64,000 nucleotides of DNA. It comes from Balanoglossus misakiensis (lineage: Eukaryota; Animalia; Hemichordata). The DNA lies in NCBI GenBank assembly GCA_040954595.2, contig CM082587.2, forward strand, positions 10,421,403-10,485,402, in the 5' to 3' direction. A program made the translations under genes and the position numbers. The notes beneath the pieces were generated by a model. That model was not told the origin of the DNA, ran no database searches, and saw nothing but the letters and a program-made list of their open reading frames with translations. This document shows, one piece after another, positions 28,300-42,160 of this stretch. Position 1 is the stretch's first letter; the number at the start of each line of letters is the position of its first letter.

Positions 28300-31200
28300 C
28301 AGTAGTTGTAGTAGAAGGTGTTGTTGGCAACACAGTCACAACATCTCCTTCACACATCAAAGGGTTTGGATGGCTTGGTGTGAATCCATAGTCACAACTG
28401 AATGACACTATAGAACCAATGTCGAAATCATTGCCATGTCTCTGACCGTTGACTGGTGTACCAGGATCTTGACATTCTCCTGAGGTCAAGAAGCAAAGTA
28501 TCTTATCAATATTAAATCATCAACTCAGACAGAAGTCATTCCTTACAAAAACATTCTATATACATCATTCTACAGAATTCATTAGCCTTTTGAATTTCTA
28601 TATAAGTTTAAATAATTTCTATGGACATCTATATATTTGTATGTAGTTTTCGAAGTTGCTTAAAATGTTTTTCGGAAATAACGATGCAGTGAAATACAAG
28701 AAAGTGAAAAAGTAGTAGTCGCAGTGTAACAGTCGCCTTTTTTGATATTGCGAAAATGTCTGGCCCAAAAATTCCCCATTTTACACTGTATTCAAACAAC
28801 ACATTGTGTGTGAATGTCATGAATTTCATCAGAGTATAACTATTATCAAACAGAAGTGATTGCTTCTCTGAAAGAAATATTCTTTTCTACGTTACCCTGA
28901 GCAACACATCTTGGTCTGGTGCCATTCCATGTTCCATCTTCAGTGCAATATCTCCTGGTGTTACCAAGTGCTTCATATGCCATGTTACACTGGAGTGTAG
29001 CAACACTATCATACCAAGTGCCATCACTATTCCCATGAGCCATCTTCAATCGCAGTCAACAAACCACAGTCAACACCTAGAAATAATAATAGTGAGTTCT
29101 TATATAGCGCACATATTTTCTTTGAAGTATTGAAGCCTGTTTCTATTGAATTCTATAGAAATGATAGAATCTATAGAATGACAATTCAGAGTTTTGCCGT
29201 GGTGATCTTCGGTACAATATGCATTAAAGTTATGTAGCACTCTTTGATCAACAGTTGAAATTACAGCATGAGCTTGGAATCTTCCACGAGTGCATCTGAA
29301 GAAGGGGACTACATGTTCCCGAAAGCTCATGCTGTAGTTTCAACTGTTGATCAAAGAGTGTTACATAACTTTAATGCGTATTGCAATCTATAGAATGCAA
29401 AAGAATTCTAAGGAATATAAGGTATAGCATTATTCATTCCTGTTACTTACGTTGACAGACAGGAGGAGAGGAATTCCATCGGTAATCACCATCTTGATTG
29501 CTGTAGGTACACACTCTGACATGGCTACCATATAAGTTGTATCCAATGTCACAACTATAGGTCACTTCACTCTGATAGTTGTAGTTGGGATCATTGACCT
29601 CGTAGCTGCCATGATCAATACTCTCTGGTTCACTGCAGACAGCAGCTGTAGAAAATACACGTAGAGTTGAGTTGAAGGAAGAGCCTGGGATAAATCTGTA
29701 ATCACTTTTTAAGGGACAAAGTCTCTCTCTCGCTGCCCTTTTTCCATTAATTATATTTAATACAAGACACCGTTTGTGTTATTCTACATGTGGATATGTA
29801 GTGAATCAACGTTCAACCACACACAACTTCCATACGCCAAATTCTATTGTTCTCGATGTCAGATGTATAATAATATCAAGGTTTTCTGATTAAAAAAAAA
29901 AATATTGACTTACGTGTGCAAGTTGGAAAGTCCGCATCATACTGGCCTTCCACTGTACACAACAGAGTGGACTGTCCATTCAGTTGAAAACCCTCCAAAC
30001 AATAGAATGTAATGGTGCTATTGAACTCCACCAGAATATCACCAGTTTCCTCTATGTTCCAGACTAGGGATCCTTCACGTGGATTTGGAAGTGAAAAATT
30101 CAGCAATTTTTGGGAGAAAAAAAATCTGTGAAATAATTAGTTGAACATTTCCTTCTACAAAACAGTTCAGCTGATATTTTAGAGAAAACAGATGAACATT
30201 TCCAGGAAATGACTGTTTTTAGGTTGTGAATGAACTTAAAAGATAAATTATGATAAAGTTGTGTCAAGGTGATGGCAACACTTATGTCTGTTGAAGAAAA
30301 TTTAAAATTACAAGGAAATTCTGAAAATTTATCCAGATAGTTTGGAATGTGTTAAATGTGAATAGTGACTTGAAGTTACGTTGTATGTGACTGGTTATGT
30401 CTCACCTTTGCATGCTGTTCCATTCACATCCGGTTCAAATCCCACCAGACATGCACACTGATAGTCACCATCTCTATTTTCACAGACTTGATTGATTCCA
30501 CATGGTGCCACCAATGTACTACATTCATTGATATCTGAAATGCTATTCATCAAGATATGATCAAAATCCCAGAGGTCCAAGGGGAAAATTCGGACCAACA
30601 AGTTTAGCTGGGTATTAGACCAACGGGAAATTTTCGCAAACAGTAAATTTTTACGCTAGAGAGCCAAAAAAGACGTAGTGAAAATAAAAATTCGCTTAAA
30701 AATGTTTTTCAGTGATGACAATGCAGTGAAATACGAGAACATGAAACTTAATTGTCTCGTAACAGTTTCTGCTTTTTATATCGCGAAAATTTCCGGTCGC
30801 AAAAATTTCCTGTAGCGATAAAGGGCACTTATATGAGGATATTAAAACTCAGGGGGTGGGGGTGAGGGGTGGGGGAATTGTGCAGTCACGCACTGGTCGA
30901 ACAATTGGAGGTTTTAGAATAATTAATTATCCAAAGATTAGTGGGTGGTCAAACTAATGGAGCAGTCGAATTACTGGAGTGATTACAATAACTCAGGCCA
31001 AAAAATGAAATGTTTCTGGTCAGCGCGCGGGTCACTTGAATAACAGCGCGTCACCCCCATTTTTTTCCTGGTTTGTGGTGGCGGCCACGGCAAACTCAAA
31101 CTGCTTCAACTAGATATAAATCACAGGACACTTTGGGGCGTGTAATCAATGACTGCATGAACAGTGTACATGTGACTATATTGATAAAAACTATAAAACT

Positions 31201-33861
31201 GACGGCCTTCCTCCCTTGAGGGAAATTTTTATTTTTAAATTTGCGTCCCCCCACCAGTTTTTAAAGAAGGGTCTGACCAGAAACATTTCCTTTTTTGGCC
31301 TAATAAGCAGACAACCACATGAAGACGAATCATGATGTGAACTTACCAATGCATGATGGTATTGCATCATTCCACTGTAAATCTGATTGACAAGTCAGGT
31401 AATCAGCACCATTTAATTCATAGCCAGCATCGCAATAGAATGTGATGTTGCTGCCCATATAATATGGTCCACTATCTGGGACAGCTTGTAAATGTTGGTC
31501 TGTTATGAGTATGTCACTGCAGTTTCATCCTGCAAGGAAAAAAAAATAAAACATCTTTATGGATTATGTGGATTCAGACTTGGTTGTGGTATACCGGTAT
31601 GTATCAGGTACCTGTATTGTGAAACAACTTTAACCTTTTCACCCCAAGTTCCCACTATAAAAGTCCAGATACCATAGACTCCTATTATCGACTGAATTCA
31701 TGGCTCTGTATTTCAAAAACAAGCACGGTGACCCGTATATTTTATTACTGATTTTCATTATACATACAAAGGCGAATCCAAAAATCAACAATTAAAAGAA
31801 ATGACCATACTTTCAATTTTAGTGAACGTACATGTCCTTAAATGACTTACGTTGACAGTATCCTGGATCTCCAATCCAAGATCCATCTTCACCACATGTA
31901 GAGACAGTGTAGCCAGTCAGACTGTAGCCAGATGGACATGAGTAGGCAATGGTTGTTCCAAAAACCAATGAATCACCATTAACAATTTCATAAGATAAGT
32001 AGTTGTCTACATTCGGTGGTGGACACTCACGAGCTGTTTGGGTAAGATGAACAGATAACATCACAAGCGTGTTACTACTAGGAAAAAAGTTTAAAGGGAC
32101 ATTACATGTAGCTACAGTAACTTGTAATTGGCTTTATTTTAAGTACTGCAAAATGGGCTATTTTTCGCGAGCAAAACATTTCAGCGAAATACGCGAGAGC
32201 CAAAGAACATGAAAATAAAAAGTCGCGTAAAATGTTTTTCAGAGATAACAATGCAGTTAGTGATATATGAAAACGCGAAAATTAATCCTCGCATAACAGT
32301 TGCCTCTTTCGATATTGCGAAAATTTCCTGTTGCGAAAATAACCTGTTTTAGAGTATTTTTTGTTCTCTGTACCAAATGCAATGTTTTGTTCTACTCCAA
32401 ACAGTAGGCCAATATACCCTGTAAAATCCGTCTCCTACGTGTGCACTACAATGACAGTTTAATTGTTTTCAAAAATATCAACTTACGCTCGCATTGGGGC
32501 ACAAGCGGACCCCAGACACCATCTGCTTGGCATTCCAATGAAGTCACATTATTTATAAACTGATGGCCCTCAATGCATTGATAATAAGCAATTCCACCAT
32601 ACACTGTACTGGTAACATTGGTAAGAATTCCACTGCTGCACTCAGCGGGTCCACCACATGTTATTCCTAAAAAATAAACAACAAATTAGTGTCATTCAAG
32701 TTGTTACTAACAATAGATTCAAGGGACAAATTAAGTCTATCTCGCTGCCCCTTTTTCATTAATCATCTTTGATACAAGACACCATGGTATAGTGAAACAA
32801 CATTCAACCACACACAAATTCCATCCCATTTATAGACACAAGAGTGAAAAACTCGCCAAAATGAATAATCGGTCTCTACCATTTACTCATTTTGGCGAGA
32901 TTTTTACTCTCATTACTCAACAGTATGGAAGTTGTGTGTGGTCGAACGTTGATTCACTATAAATGTATACCCACATGTAGAATAACATAAACGGTGTCTT
33001 GTATCAAACATAATTCATGGAAAAGGGCAGTGAGTGAGACTTTGTCGCTTTAAATGTTCATAAAATATAAGTTAGATTGAATCATATCTTCACATTAATA
33101 ATTCCCATCACAGAAATTTTATAGCTACACACAACATGACACCTGTACGAGAAGTCATTAATTCCTACATGAGTTACAGTTCACATTGAGACGACTTTAG
33201 TTTTCTCCTAAACTTGACTGAACTGTGGAACAGGAAATGTAGGCTTGTTTACGCACTGGAAATCAACAGGCAATGGGTTTCTAAAAATGTTTTTTTTTTC
33301 TTCTGAAAGAGTGACCTCAAAGCTACCAAATTATGTAGAAATTAGCTGGACCCCTTCTACTGGATTCGGTCCTACCAATTCTTTACTATCAATCACGTGA
33401 TCTGGCCATGTGACCCACGGTGTTGTCATTTACAGATGACGGGCAAACAATATTTCGGCATCCAGTAAAAGTTTTTCCGAGTATGTTTTTACTTTAGAAC
33501 TACCAGACACGTAACATGTATCAGGTATGGTGCCTCATCAGCCTCATGGCGTTTCATCTGCACTGTCTTTGTCTGCACCAAGTTGTTGATGTTGCCCGTC
33601 ATCTGGAAATTTGAATGCCAACGGAACTGCGTCAGACGTTATTTGATATCGAAGAATAGTGCACTATTGCCTTACTTTGACATGCTGGTAACTTGAGAGG
33701 ATCCTCTTCATTCCAGTTTCCACCAAAGAGACAAGTGAGAGAAGAGACAGTACCAGACACTTTCTGATAACCATCCAAGCATTGGAATGAGACAGTGACA
33801 TCATAGCTTCTATCATCTTTACTGGTCACCACGCCCTCACCAATCACAATTTCGGGACAGT
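28300..33861 (-). CDS. Sushi/CCP repeats and one calcium-binding EGF (exons 33676-33861, 32487-32666, 31851-32033, 31347-31529, 30406-30534, 29914-~30091, 29451-29645, 28896-29076, 28300-28479)
   Basis: C..P....G...F.C..GY.L.G....C...G.W....P.C pattern in phase 1-1 exons; DINEC...CENRDGDYQCAC..GF for the EGF. Confidence 0.9.
29181..29384 (+). mobile_element. Short Penelope-like insertion with inverted arms
   Basis: 13-bp TSD aatctatagaatg (29168-29180 and 29385-29397); about 60-bp inverted arms (about 29216-29276 vs 29323-29383). Confidence 0.7.
29292..29332 (+). ncRNA. Minimal type I hammerhead ribozyme
   Basis: GCAU-CUGAAGAA-GGGGAC(UACAU)GUUCCC-GAAA-GC-UC-AUGC: stem I GCAU/AUGC, 6-bp stem II, both core boxes, short palindromic stem III. 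Confidence 0.75.
30995..31301. mobile_element. MITE (Harbinger-like)
   Basis: TIR aggccaaaaaa.gaaatgtttctggtcag / ctgaccagaaacatttccttttttggcct. Confidence 0.7.
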
Positions 33862-35030
33862 CTGTCAGAACAAGGATCACAATGATAAGAATGCATGCAG
33901 ACAAATACTTTGACTCATAAATGTGAGGGGTCGTCGTGCCGCATTTGTATGTTTATTATCCAGTGTTTCCTCTGGGTTTCAAAATCTTCTAGCAATTTGG
34001 CTAAAAGACATGAAAATTTACTAGCCAAACTTGACTTTGCATTAGCCAAACCAATGCTGCCGCAACAGCTGATTCGGAGGGGGGGGGGGTGTCACAAAAT
34101 TAACAGAATCAGGGCTTCAAATTAAGCTTTGACTGATTGCCTTGGGCAACTAAATATTGATGCACTGTATGTTTAACTTATGTTGGTGGTTCTTGATGAC
34201 AAGTTCACAAGTATTTTGTAAGGAGACTTAGGGTGTTTGCCTGCTGTTGGTCCTTGTTCGTCTTCATGTTTTTGTTTGTTTTGTTTTTTTGAAAATTGAC
34301 CCAACAGGCAAATAGAGAATGTCTGAGTTTGATAGTGAATATTGAAGTGTATTTATTTTTTTCCTTCTCTTTATATTGAGAGATGAACTTGATATATACG
34401 CTCATAATTGAGACAAGAGATATTGTGGATACTGTTGCTGGTTGATTTTCAATAAAACAATATAAAAAAAAAAACTTTAAAAAAAATATTGATGCAGGGC
34501 ATGTAAATTGTCAACCTAACTTGCACGTTTGGGCAGCCAAAAAATTACGTACTCCACTATGCACGGCCAGCTTTTGACGGGCAAGCCACTACACTAGCGT
34601 TTCTAAACAGAGAAACTTCCATAACAACCTGTACACTTGACGCGTTCCAGTCAAGGCAGACCTAAAATGTATCAATTTGTAAGCATAACCCATTCAAAAT
34701 ATGCAAATTGGGAAAAGACGCACATGCATTCTTTGCGTCCCCAGAGACACACACAGGAAATCAAGCGAGTGCGACCACTAGCTGGAAGAGCTGAATTCAA
34801 TGCATTGCCTTACGATGTTCATGATATACAGGGGGTGATGATCAATGAACAGAACAACGGTCCACTTTCACGCGTTGTAGTGCAGTGAACTCGCGCTGAT
34901 CATGGCACAAGAAACGACGATGTTAGATAGCAGTGCTTCGCAAGTTTGGCTAATTTGTATGAAAATCGTCTTGCCAAACACAATTTTTTACTCGCATTTG
35001 CGATTTGGCGAGCGGGTAGCGGAAACACTG

Positions 35031-35776
35031 ATTATCATATGCCTATATTCACGTGCCCACGTAAAGTCTATGGGGAAAAGCGCCCTCACATCCGTGCAGT
35101 TTTTTTGCTTATCACGCCCCGGCCCGGTGACCATATTTGGAAGACGCGTTCAATATCCGGATCTAGTTTTGTGTTTATTGCGCGAGATTCGAAAGTTGTC
35201 ATTGCTACGTTCGGAATTAAATTTTTCTGGTGCGGTGTCAGTGACTAGTGCACTTGCAGTGTGTGTATGTCCTATGCCGCTACCGAATCCCATCATCTTC
35301 CGTAATCGCTGCATGTTGTAGAGCTTTATTTGGAAATATGAATAGTCAAATTGATGATTTGATTTGATTAATGTGTGACTGTCGGCGTCGATCGTCGCAA
35401 AGAAAAAATGTTTTGCTCGCGCTCGGCTCTGTGAGTTCGAGCGCGTCTATATCTCACGTGCAATAGAATATAAACAAATGACATCGTGCATATCAATCCG
35501 CAAGAACTGGAGGAATGCGCCTCTATGCTCCGGGATAGATCATTCCAAAACGATAGATAAACACATAATATTTACATTCCAAAATATTACAGAATGTGTA
35601 TTTTATTAGTTTCTTGTAGATTATCGTTCAATAAGGCATATGATAAAACCTTTACGGCCCTGATACGGGTTTTGCGGCCATCGGTCGTACGACGATTCCC
35701 GCCCTCCCTGCGGTCAGGCGCTTCCGCCGTACGACCTCGGGCCACAAAACCCGTATCAGGGCCGTAAAGATTATAA
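35031..35776. mobile_element. Non-autonomous long-hairpin element (putative Crypton-type)
   Basis: Short IR ttatcatatgcc (35032-35043) / ggcatatgataa (35635-35646) followed by a palindrome at 35650-35769. Confidence 0.55.
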
Positions 35777-35952
35777 ACATTACAATTCATCCACAAGTCC
35801 CTGAAATTAGATCATTCTTAGAATGAACGAAGCATATTCAAAAATCTTTCCACCTTTCACTTAATGACTCTAAATCATAAGGAATAAAGGGAGTGCGTGT
35901 TTCTAAGAATTCTGTAACATCCTTTTCTGAAATGTTAGTAAGTTATGTATAC

Positions 35953-38900
35953 CTGGTGAAAATGACGCCCTGAATCCTTTAGCTGGTCGTGTTCTACTAC
36001 TCCTGAACACAACCGAAAAGTGTCCAATGTCTGTACGGCAATCGGGTGGTGGTAATGTGCCATCAATGACTTCATCAGAATTGCCACTCCATGGACCAAT
36101 AATGACATCATCATCACTCTCAGTACCATTGTATACCTTCAGAAACAAAGACAAATTAAGCATGCATTGTAAATACCGTAAAACGGGAAATCTTCACAAC
36201 AGGAAATTTTCGCGATATCAAAGGTGGCTACTGTTACACAACAATTAATTTTCACATTGTCATATTTTACTGCATAGTTATCTCCGAAAAAAACATTTTA
36301 TACGACTCTTTATTTTCATGTTTTTTGGCTCTCACGTAGTTTGCGAAAAATTATCATTCACGAAAATGTCCCGTTTTACAGTATTCAATCCTTGTTGCAT
36401 TTCCTGCTGTAACAGCTACTCAAATACTGTAAAACGGGAAATTTTCGCAAATGATAAATTTTCGTGAACTATGCGAGAGCCATCAAAACGTATAAAATAA
36501 AAAGTAGCATAAAAATGTTTTTCAGGGATAATGATGCAGTGAAATACAAGAACGCGAAAATTTCATGTTGCAAAAGTTTACCGTTTTACAGTATATATGT
36601 GTTTAATTGAATTTCAAAATTGTGTTCCAAAGTTGTATAGTTTGAAGTAATGTCTGCCAAAATTGTCAAACTAAAATCACTGCAAAATAATATGACAAAA
36701 TTTTGTCAGCATTAAAGGGACAAAGTCTCTCTCTCTCTGCCCTTTTTCCATTAATTATGTTTGATACAAGACACTGTTTATGTTATTCTACCTGTGGATA
36801 TATAGATACATTTGTAATCAACCTTCGACCACAAACAACTTCCATCCCATTTGTAGGGTATGAGAGTAAAAACTCGCCCAAAATGAATAAACAGTAATAA
36901 CCGATTATTCATTTTGGCGAGTTTTTCACTCTTGTGTCTACAAGTGGGATGGAAGTTGTATGTGGTTGAACGTTCATTCACTACATATCCACATGTAGAA
37001 TAACACAAACGGTGTCTTGTATCAACATAATTAATGGAAAAAGGGCAGCGGGAGAGAGACTTTGTCCCTTTAACATGGCTGACTCCTGATCATATCTGAT
37101 ACTTACAATGATGTAATCAACATCTGTGTTCCTCTCTAATCCAAAGTTGTCATCAAAGATAAGAGTTAATGGTCTTCCAGTTGGTTCCTTGATTACCCAG
37201 CTACACATAACATCATCAGGGTAAGTGCTAACATCATAGCCTGGTGACTGAATCGTACCAAAACTACGCAGAATTTCAATTCCCTGGCAACCTTTGAAGA
37301 AAAAATACCAAACAAGAAATAATTAATTCAATCCACAGGTTTGGTGTAATCCTGGCTGCCTTTTATTTCGTGCTAGGGGATCAAATCACATAATAATTGC
37401 CTTCTGGATAAAAAGTCGTAAGCGATAGAAGAAATGACTGTTAACTGTATTTTATGACTTCCTTAGGTCAAACATTTCTGTCGTTATACATGTAGTTAGC
37501 AAATTAAACTCATTTAACTTTTTTCACATTTTGTTATTTTTTCTGTTGAAGGGTCTCTCTCCAGCTGCCCCTTTTCCATTAATTATGTTTGATACAAGAC
37601 ACTGGTTATGTTAAAGCCCCAGTATTTCTCGTGTGTATCCATTTTTCATCATCGAAAAATGCCCGTTTTTCCCGTACATTCATCATGGAATACTACATAA
37701 TGAAGATAGAAGAAAGGTTTGGGCTACGTGCAAGCTGTAAATATTGCCCGTAACACTTGAAATGATGCGCGGGTTTGTTTACAACGGAAATGTTGTACAT
37801 GTCGATCAGCAAACGTGCCACTTTGACATTTGATGGTCAGACCATTTTCGGATTTGATCTGGTTCCATCGACTGATTTCTCCCATAAAGTTATCTTCCCA
37901 AAATTTCGCCGAATTAGTGCGCATTTCTTCGCTGAGTCGCTTGATTTGGGGCGACCAAACCTCTTCCGCATAGATTCACATTTGAGTGCGCATGCGCAGT
38001 AGTCACGTGTGTCAACAGAGCCTGACTTTCTGTCCGGACAGAAAGTCATTCTTCACTCGTTATATTGTAAATTGTATGAGTTTATTAGCAGAGCTGGGGA
38101 TGATGACTGTTCGATTCAGTATCAATTATCATCTACTTTTAGAAATTATAGATGCCGTTTCAAACAAAATTTTGCCCCTACGAGAAATACTGAGGCTTTA
38201 ATGTAAATGTGGATATATAGTTAATCAATGATCAACCACACAAAACTTCCATCCCACTTGTATGATATGAGAGTAAAAACTCGCCCAAAATGAATAAATG
38301 GTAAAGAACGATTATTCATTTTGGCGAGTTTTTTCACTCTCCTGTCTATAAGAGGGATGGAAGTTGTGTGTGGTTGAACGTTCATTCACTATATATCCAC
38401 ATGTAGAATAACAAACAGTGTCTTGTATCAAATATAATTAATGGAAAAAAATGCAGCGAGAGAGAGACTTTGTCCCTTTAAAAAGTTCCATAATGACCCA
38501 GTATCAGATTAGCTTATAAACCTTCAGAAAGAATGGCAAAGGAAGATATATTTGTGATCCTTACAATTCCCACTGGGTTGAAATTCTTTGGGAAGGATTT
38601 TAAGTGATTTAAAGGGACAAAGTTTCTCTCTCTCGCTGCCCTTTTTCCATTAACTATGTTTGATACAAGACACTGTTTATGTTATTCTACATGTGGATAT
38701 ATAGTGAATGAACATTCAACCACGCACAACTTCCATCCCGTTTGTAGGATATGAGAGTAAAAATCTTGCCAAAATGAATAAACGGTAGAGACCGATTTTT
38801 CATTTTGGCGAGTTTTTTCACTCTTATGTCTACAAGTGGGATGGAAGTTGTGTGTGGTTGAATGTTCATTCACTATATATCCACATGTAGAATAACATAA

Positions 38901-41900
38901 ATGCTGTATTGTATCATCATAATTCCTGGAAAAAGGGTAGAGAGAGAGAGACTTTGTCCCTATAAAACATTGTTCTCTTGTATCATGAATCCTTGATTGC
39001 CTCTTCATTCAAACAACATCTTGATCAATTTGAATGCGTTACCTACCTGCCCAGTAATGTGCATGAAAACCTCTCATTGTAACTGCATCATCACTCTTAA
39101 AGTCAACTCTCATCACACTTTTGGAAGATATGATGACATTGGGTAACTCCATCCCAGAAAATAAAGCAAGTCGGAGGACGGGATTCAGTTCAGCGCCATC
39201 GTATACAGACACTTGATCAGCCCCATCTTCTGTTGCAAAGGAGATAAACTGAAAAGATATAAAAAATAGCATCAAAGACACTGTGCTCCCATTTGATATG
39301 TACATTTAAATGTGACATACCGTACAATCATAGTGATCACAATTTCCTACGCAAAACCATTAAGGGGCAAAGTCTCTCTCTCGCTGCCCCTTTTCCATTA
39401 ATTATCGTTTGATTATCGTTTATGTTATTCTACATGTGGATATATAGTGAATCAACATTCCATCCCGCTTCATTTTGGGCGAGATTTTTACTCTCATATC
39501 CTAAAAATGGTCGAATGTTGATTCACTATATATCCTCATGTAGAACAACATAAACAGTGTCTTGTATCAATCATAATAAACGGGAAAAGGGCAGCGAGAG
39601 AGAGAGACTTTGTCCCTATAAGGGTACCTTTAGCATTGATGAGGTAATATAAGAATAAATCTGATGAAGAATATTTTCACATCCCAATAAACCAACATCC
39701 AAAACAACTGGAAGAGCAGTTTCTGACATAAGTGGACTTTTGGACCAAAAATGTCTAAAACTACCCACCCCCCTCCTCCCCAGTATTGATATTTGACACA
39801 TGTTTATGTACACCATAATAAAAATACTTGTAGGTCCTTGTAAACCAAATTTTAAGAAATCAGAAAAGTGGCTACTGAGAATTGACCAGAAATGACAAAA
39901 ATAAAATGTATTTTTAAAAATACAATTACTAATTTTTGTCATGCTGTCAAACAACTCACACGATTAATTGCATCTGAATCCACTAATAACATGAAATGAA
40001 TTGTTAAAAAGAGAAAAAAAAATGAGTTCATCTACATGTAGTCTCCTATTTACCTGTAAGGTGACAACAAATTATGTTGTGAATGATGCTAGCTGCCAGT
40101 TACAATCTTCATTGTTGAGATAATTCTTGCCTTCAAAATATTCTGTACTGCTGAGATTCTGTTTATATGACTGTGCTATGAAATTCCCACCACACAAAGA
40201 ATATACTGGAAGAAAGAAAAAGTCATCTTAACATACACACCTCACAAACAGAACATCAGCAAGATCACAGTCAAGGTAGGGCCAATATTGCCTACACGTG
40301 CAATCTATAATGTTATACCTGGTTCACACAGGGTAAAATTTGAAACGTTTCAGAGACAGTATTTGCCTAAGGTAAACACAGAGCATTAATTTCTCGTTTT
40401 AAAGTATGTACATGTACAAAACTTAGTATTACCTGCTTGCCAAGATGCTTCAAAGCCAGTAGCAGTATGATAACTATCTGAGAGAAATTTCACCAACATT
40501 GCATTACCACTGCTAATAACTTCATCAGGCTGGTCCGGTCCACTATATGTTGCAAGAACTTTGGATTGGTCAAACACAGACCCATCGACAATGACAACAG
40601 TATCATGATAAAGTTCACTGTCAAAATACGGAAACTGAAAAGAATAAAAACAAAATGTTACAACACACATCATACATAGTGAGCTGTCTCAAGCCAATAT
40701 ACATGAAAATAAACACAGATTCATGACTTAAGCCCCATTAGCTGTAACTTCTTGCATTTTTCAGTATTTCTATTCTGTGTATCAACCATAGTTTCTTGTT
40801 CAGCTCCCCAGGGCAGAGTTAAATCCATAGTCTTAATCTTCTCATTGAAATATGAGAAGATTAGTGTACATAAGCTTTGTATTTCATTGAATGGCACAAT
40901 CTGTAATTTAGACACTTTAACGAAAAAGAGTTTGAAATGTAATTTGAACGACCGTATTATAGAGACTCCAAAAAGTCAAGCAACACTGGAAAAAATGTTG
41001 AATATATTTAATCTAAACTGGGAAAAAATGTATGACTTCACTTACAAGTTATCAATACATTGTAAGGCTAGAGCTTTTCAATTTAAATTACTTCACAATA
41101 TTTTGTATACAAACAAACAGCTAAACAGGTACAATCCACAGAAATTTCCAACTGCTCTTTGTGATTTATGTAAAGTGGAAACAGAGTCCATCGACCATTT
41201 ATTTCATAGTTGCAATTGTACTACTGCTCTCTGGAGGGACCTACTGTTTACGTTGGGTATCCCTCTTAAATTGAAAAAACCACCATCAGTGTTATGTATG
41301 GTTTTGGGTGACCCAAACGAGACTTTTATAGTCAATTTTATAGCAATGCAAGTTAGAATGTACATTTACTACTGTAAATTAAATAATCGAATTCCGAATA
41401 TCACTGGGTTTATTGTTCAGCTCAAAAACATACATGAAATTGAACTTAAGATTGCAACTGCAAATCATAAAATGTATTTTCATCTTAAAAAATGGTCGTC
41501 ACTTATGAGGTATATAACAAACTGAGAATACCAGATTGTTTTGTTTTTTTTCTCTTCTTTCCATTAAGTTATGCTTCCAAAAAATAATTGTCAATTTTTT
41601 TTTTTTTTTTAAATCTACTTATGTATCAAAATGACTGTTTGTGTTCCCAATAAAAAGTATTAAAAAAAAAAAAAAAAAAAATCTTCTCATTGAAATATAT
41701 GAGTGCACAATCGGCATTGTTGTTGTTTGAAAACATTTGTAAATAATAACAATGGTCAGTACATACACATGACTTGTTGACAAGCAGAGAGCTGCAGGGG
41801 TGTGATGGGTTACTCATAAGGACAGGAAATGTGTTTTATACACAAAACAAAAATACTGATAAACTAGCCTGAAGTTATAGATAGTTTGTTATAAGGAAGA

Positions 41901-42160
41901 AACTTTTTAATACAGGTGTCCAGTTTATTTCATAGAGGTTCCTTTAAAATTGTGTTTGTACGACGAATGGATGGGAAAAGGTGTTCTGTATAGGCAGGTT
42001 TCCAGATTAGACAAGTTTTACTGTACCTCAAAATTTATTCTGGATGTTGCAGGTCCCTGGATTGTCCAAATACATTCTTGTAGAATGTAATAATTATCAT
42101 CTGGGTATCCAGTGCTGTGAAAGGTCCCTGAGACACCAGTTTCCAAACCACCACATGTTC
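35953..42160 (-). CDS. Three CUB domains (exons 42027-42160, 40433-40634, 40054-40205, 39047-39248, 37107-37291, 35953-36136)
   Basis: CGG...HSTGYP...ECIWTI; FLSD...GFEASW; VDFKSD...RGFHAHY; CSWVI...GFRASF. In-frame TAA at 40072-40074. Confidence 0.9.
36173..36593. mobile_element. Two adjacent copies of a ~200 bp TA-flanked MITE family (others near 24490, 25246, 28650, 30620, 32143, 42471)
   Basis: ta-c(t/c)gtaaaacgggaaattttcgc ... gcgaaaatttcccgttttacag-ta. Confidence 0.7.
36715..37069. mobile_element. TTAA-flanked MITE family, Kolobok-like (others near 18505, 29711, 32720, 37550-38480, 38612, 39363)
   Basis: ttaa-agggacaaagtctctctc ... gagagactttgtccct-ttaa with long internal inverted arms. 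Confidence 0.7.
37615..38197. mobile_element. Kolobok-like non-autonomous element nested in a MITE
   Basis: TTAA TSD; TIR agcc(c/t)cagtatttctcgt. Confidence 0.75.
40854..41680 (+). mobile_element. 5'-truncated L1/Tx1-clade LINE (zf-RVT C-terminus)
   Basis: FQFKLLHNILYTN...CDLC...ESIDHLFHSC...LW; aataaa at 41649; poly(A) tail; 18-bp TSD atcttctcattgaaatat (40836-40853, 41681-41698). Confidence 0.92.

Noticed and set aside
33520-33575. Second hammerhead (ctgatga and gaaa on the minus strand)
   Set aside because: The required stems cannot be formed convincingly.
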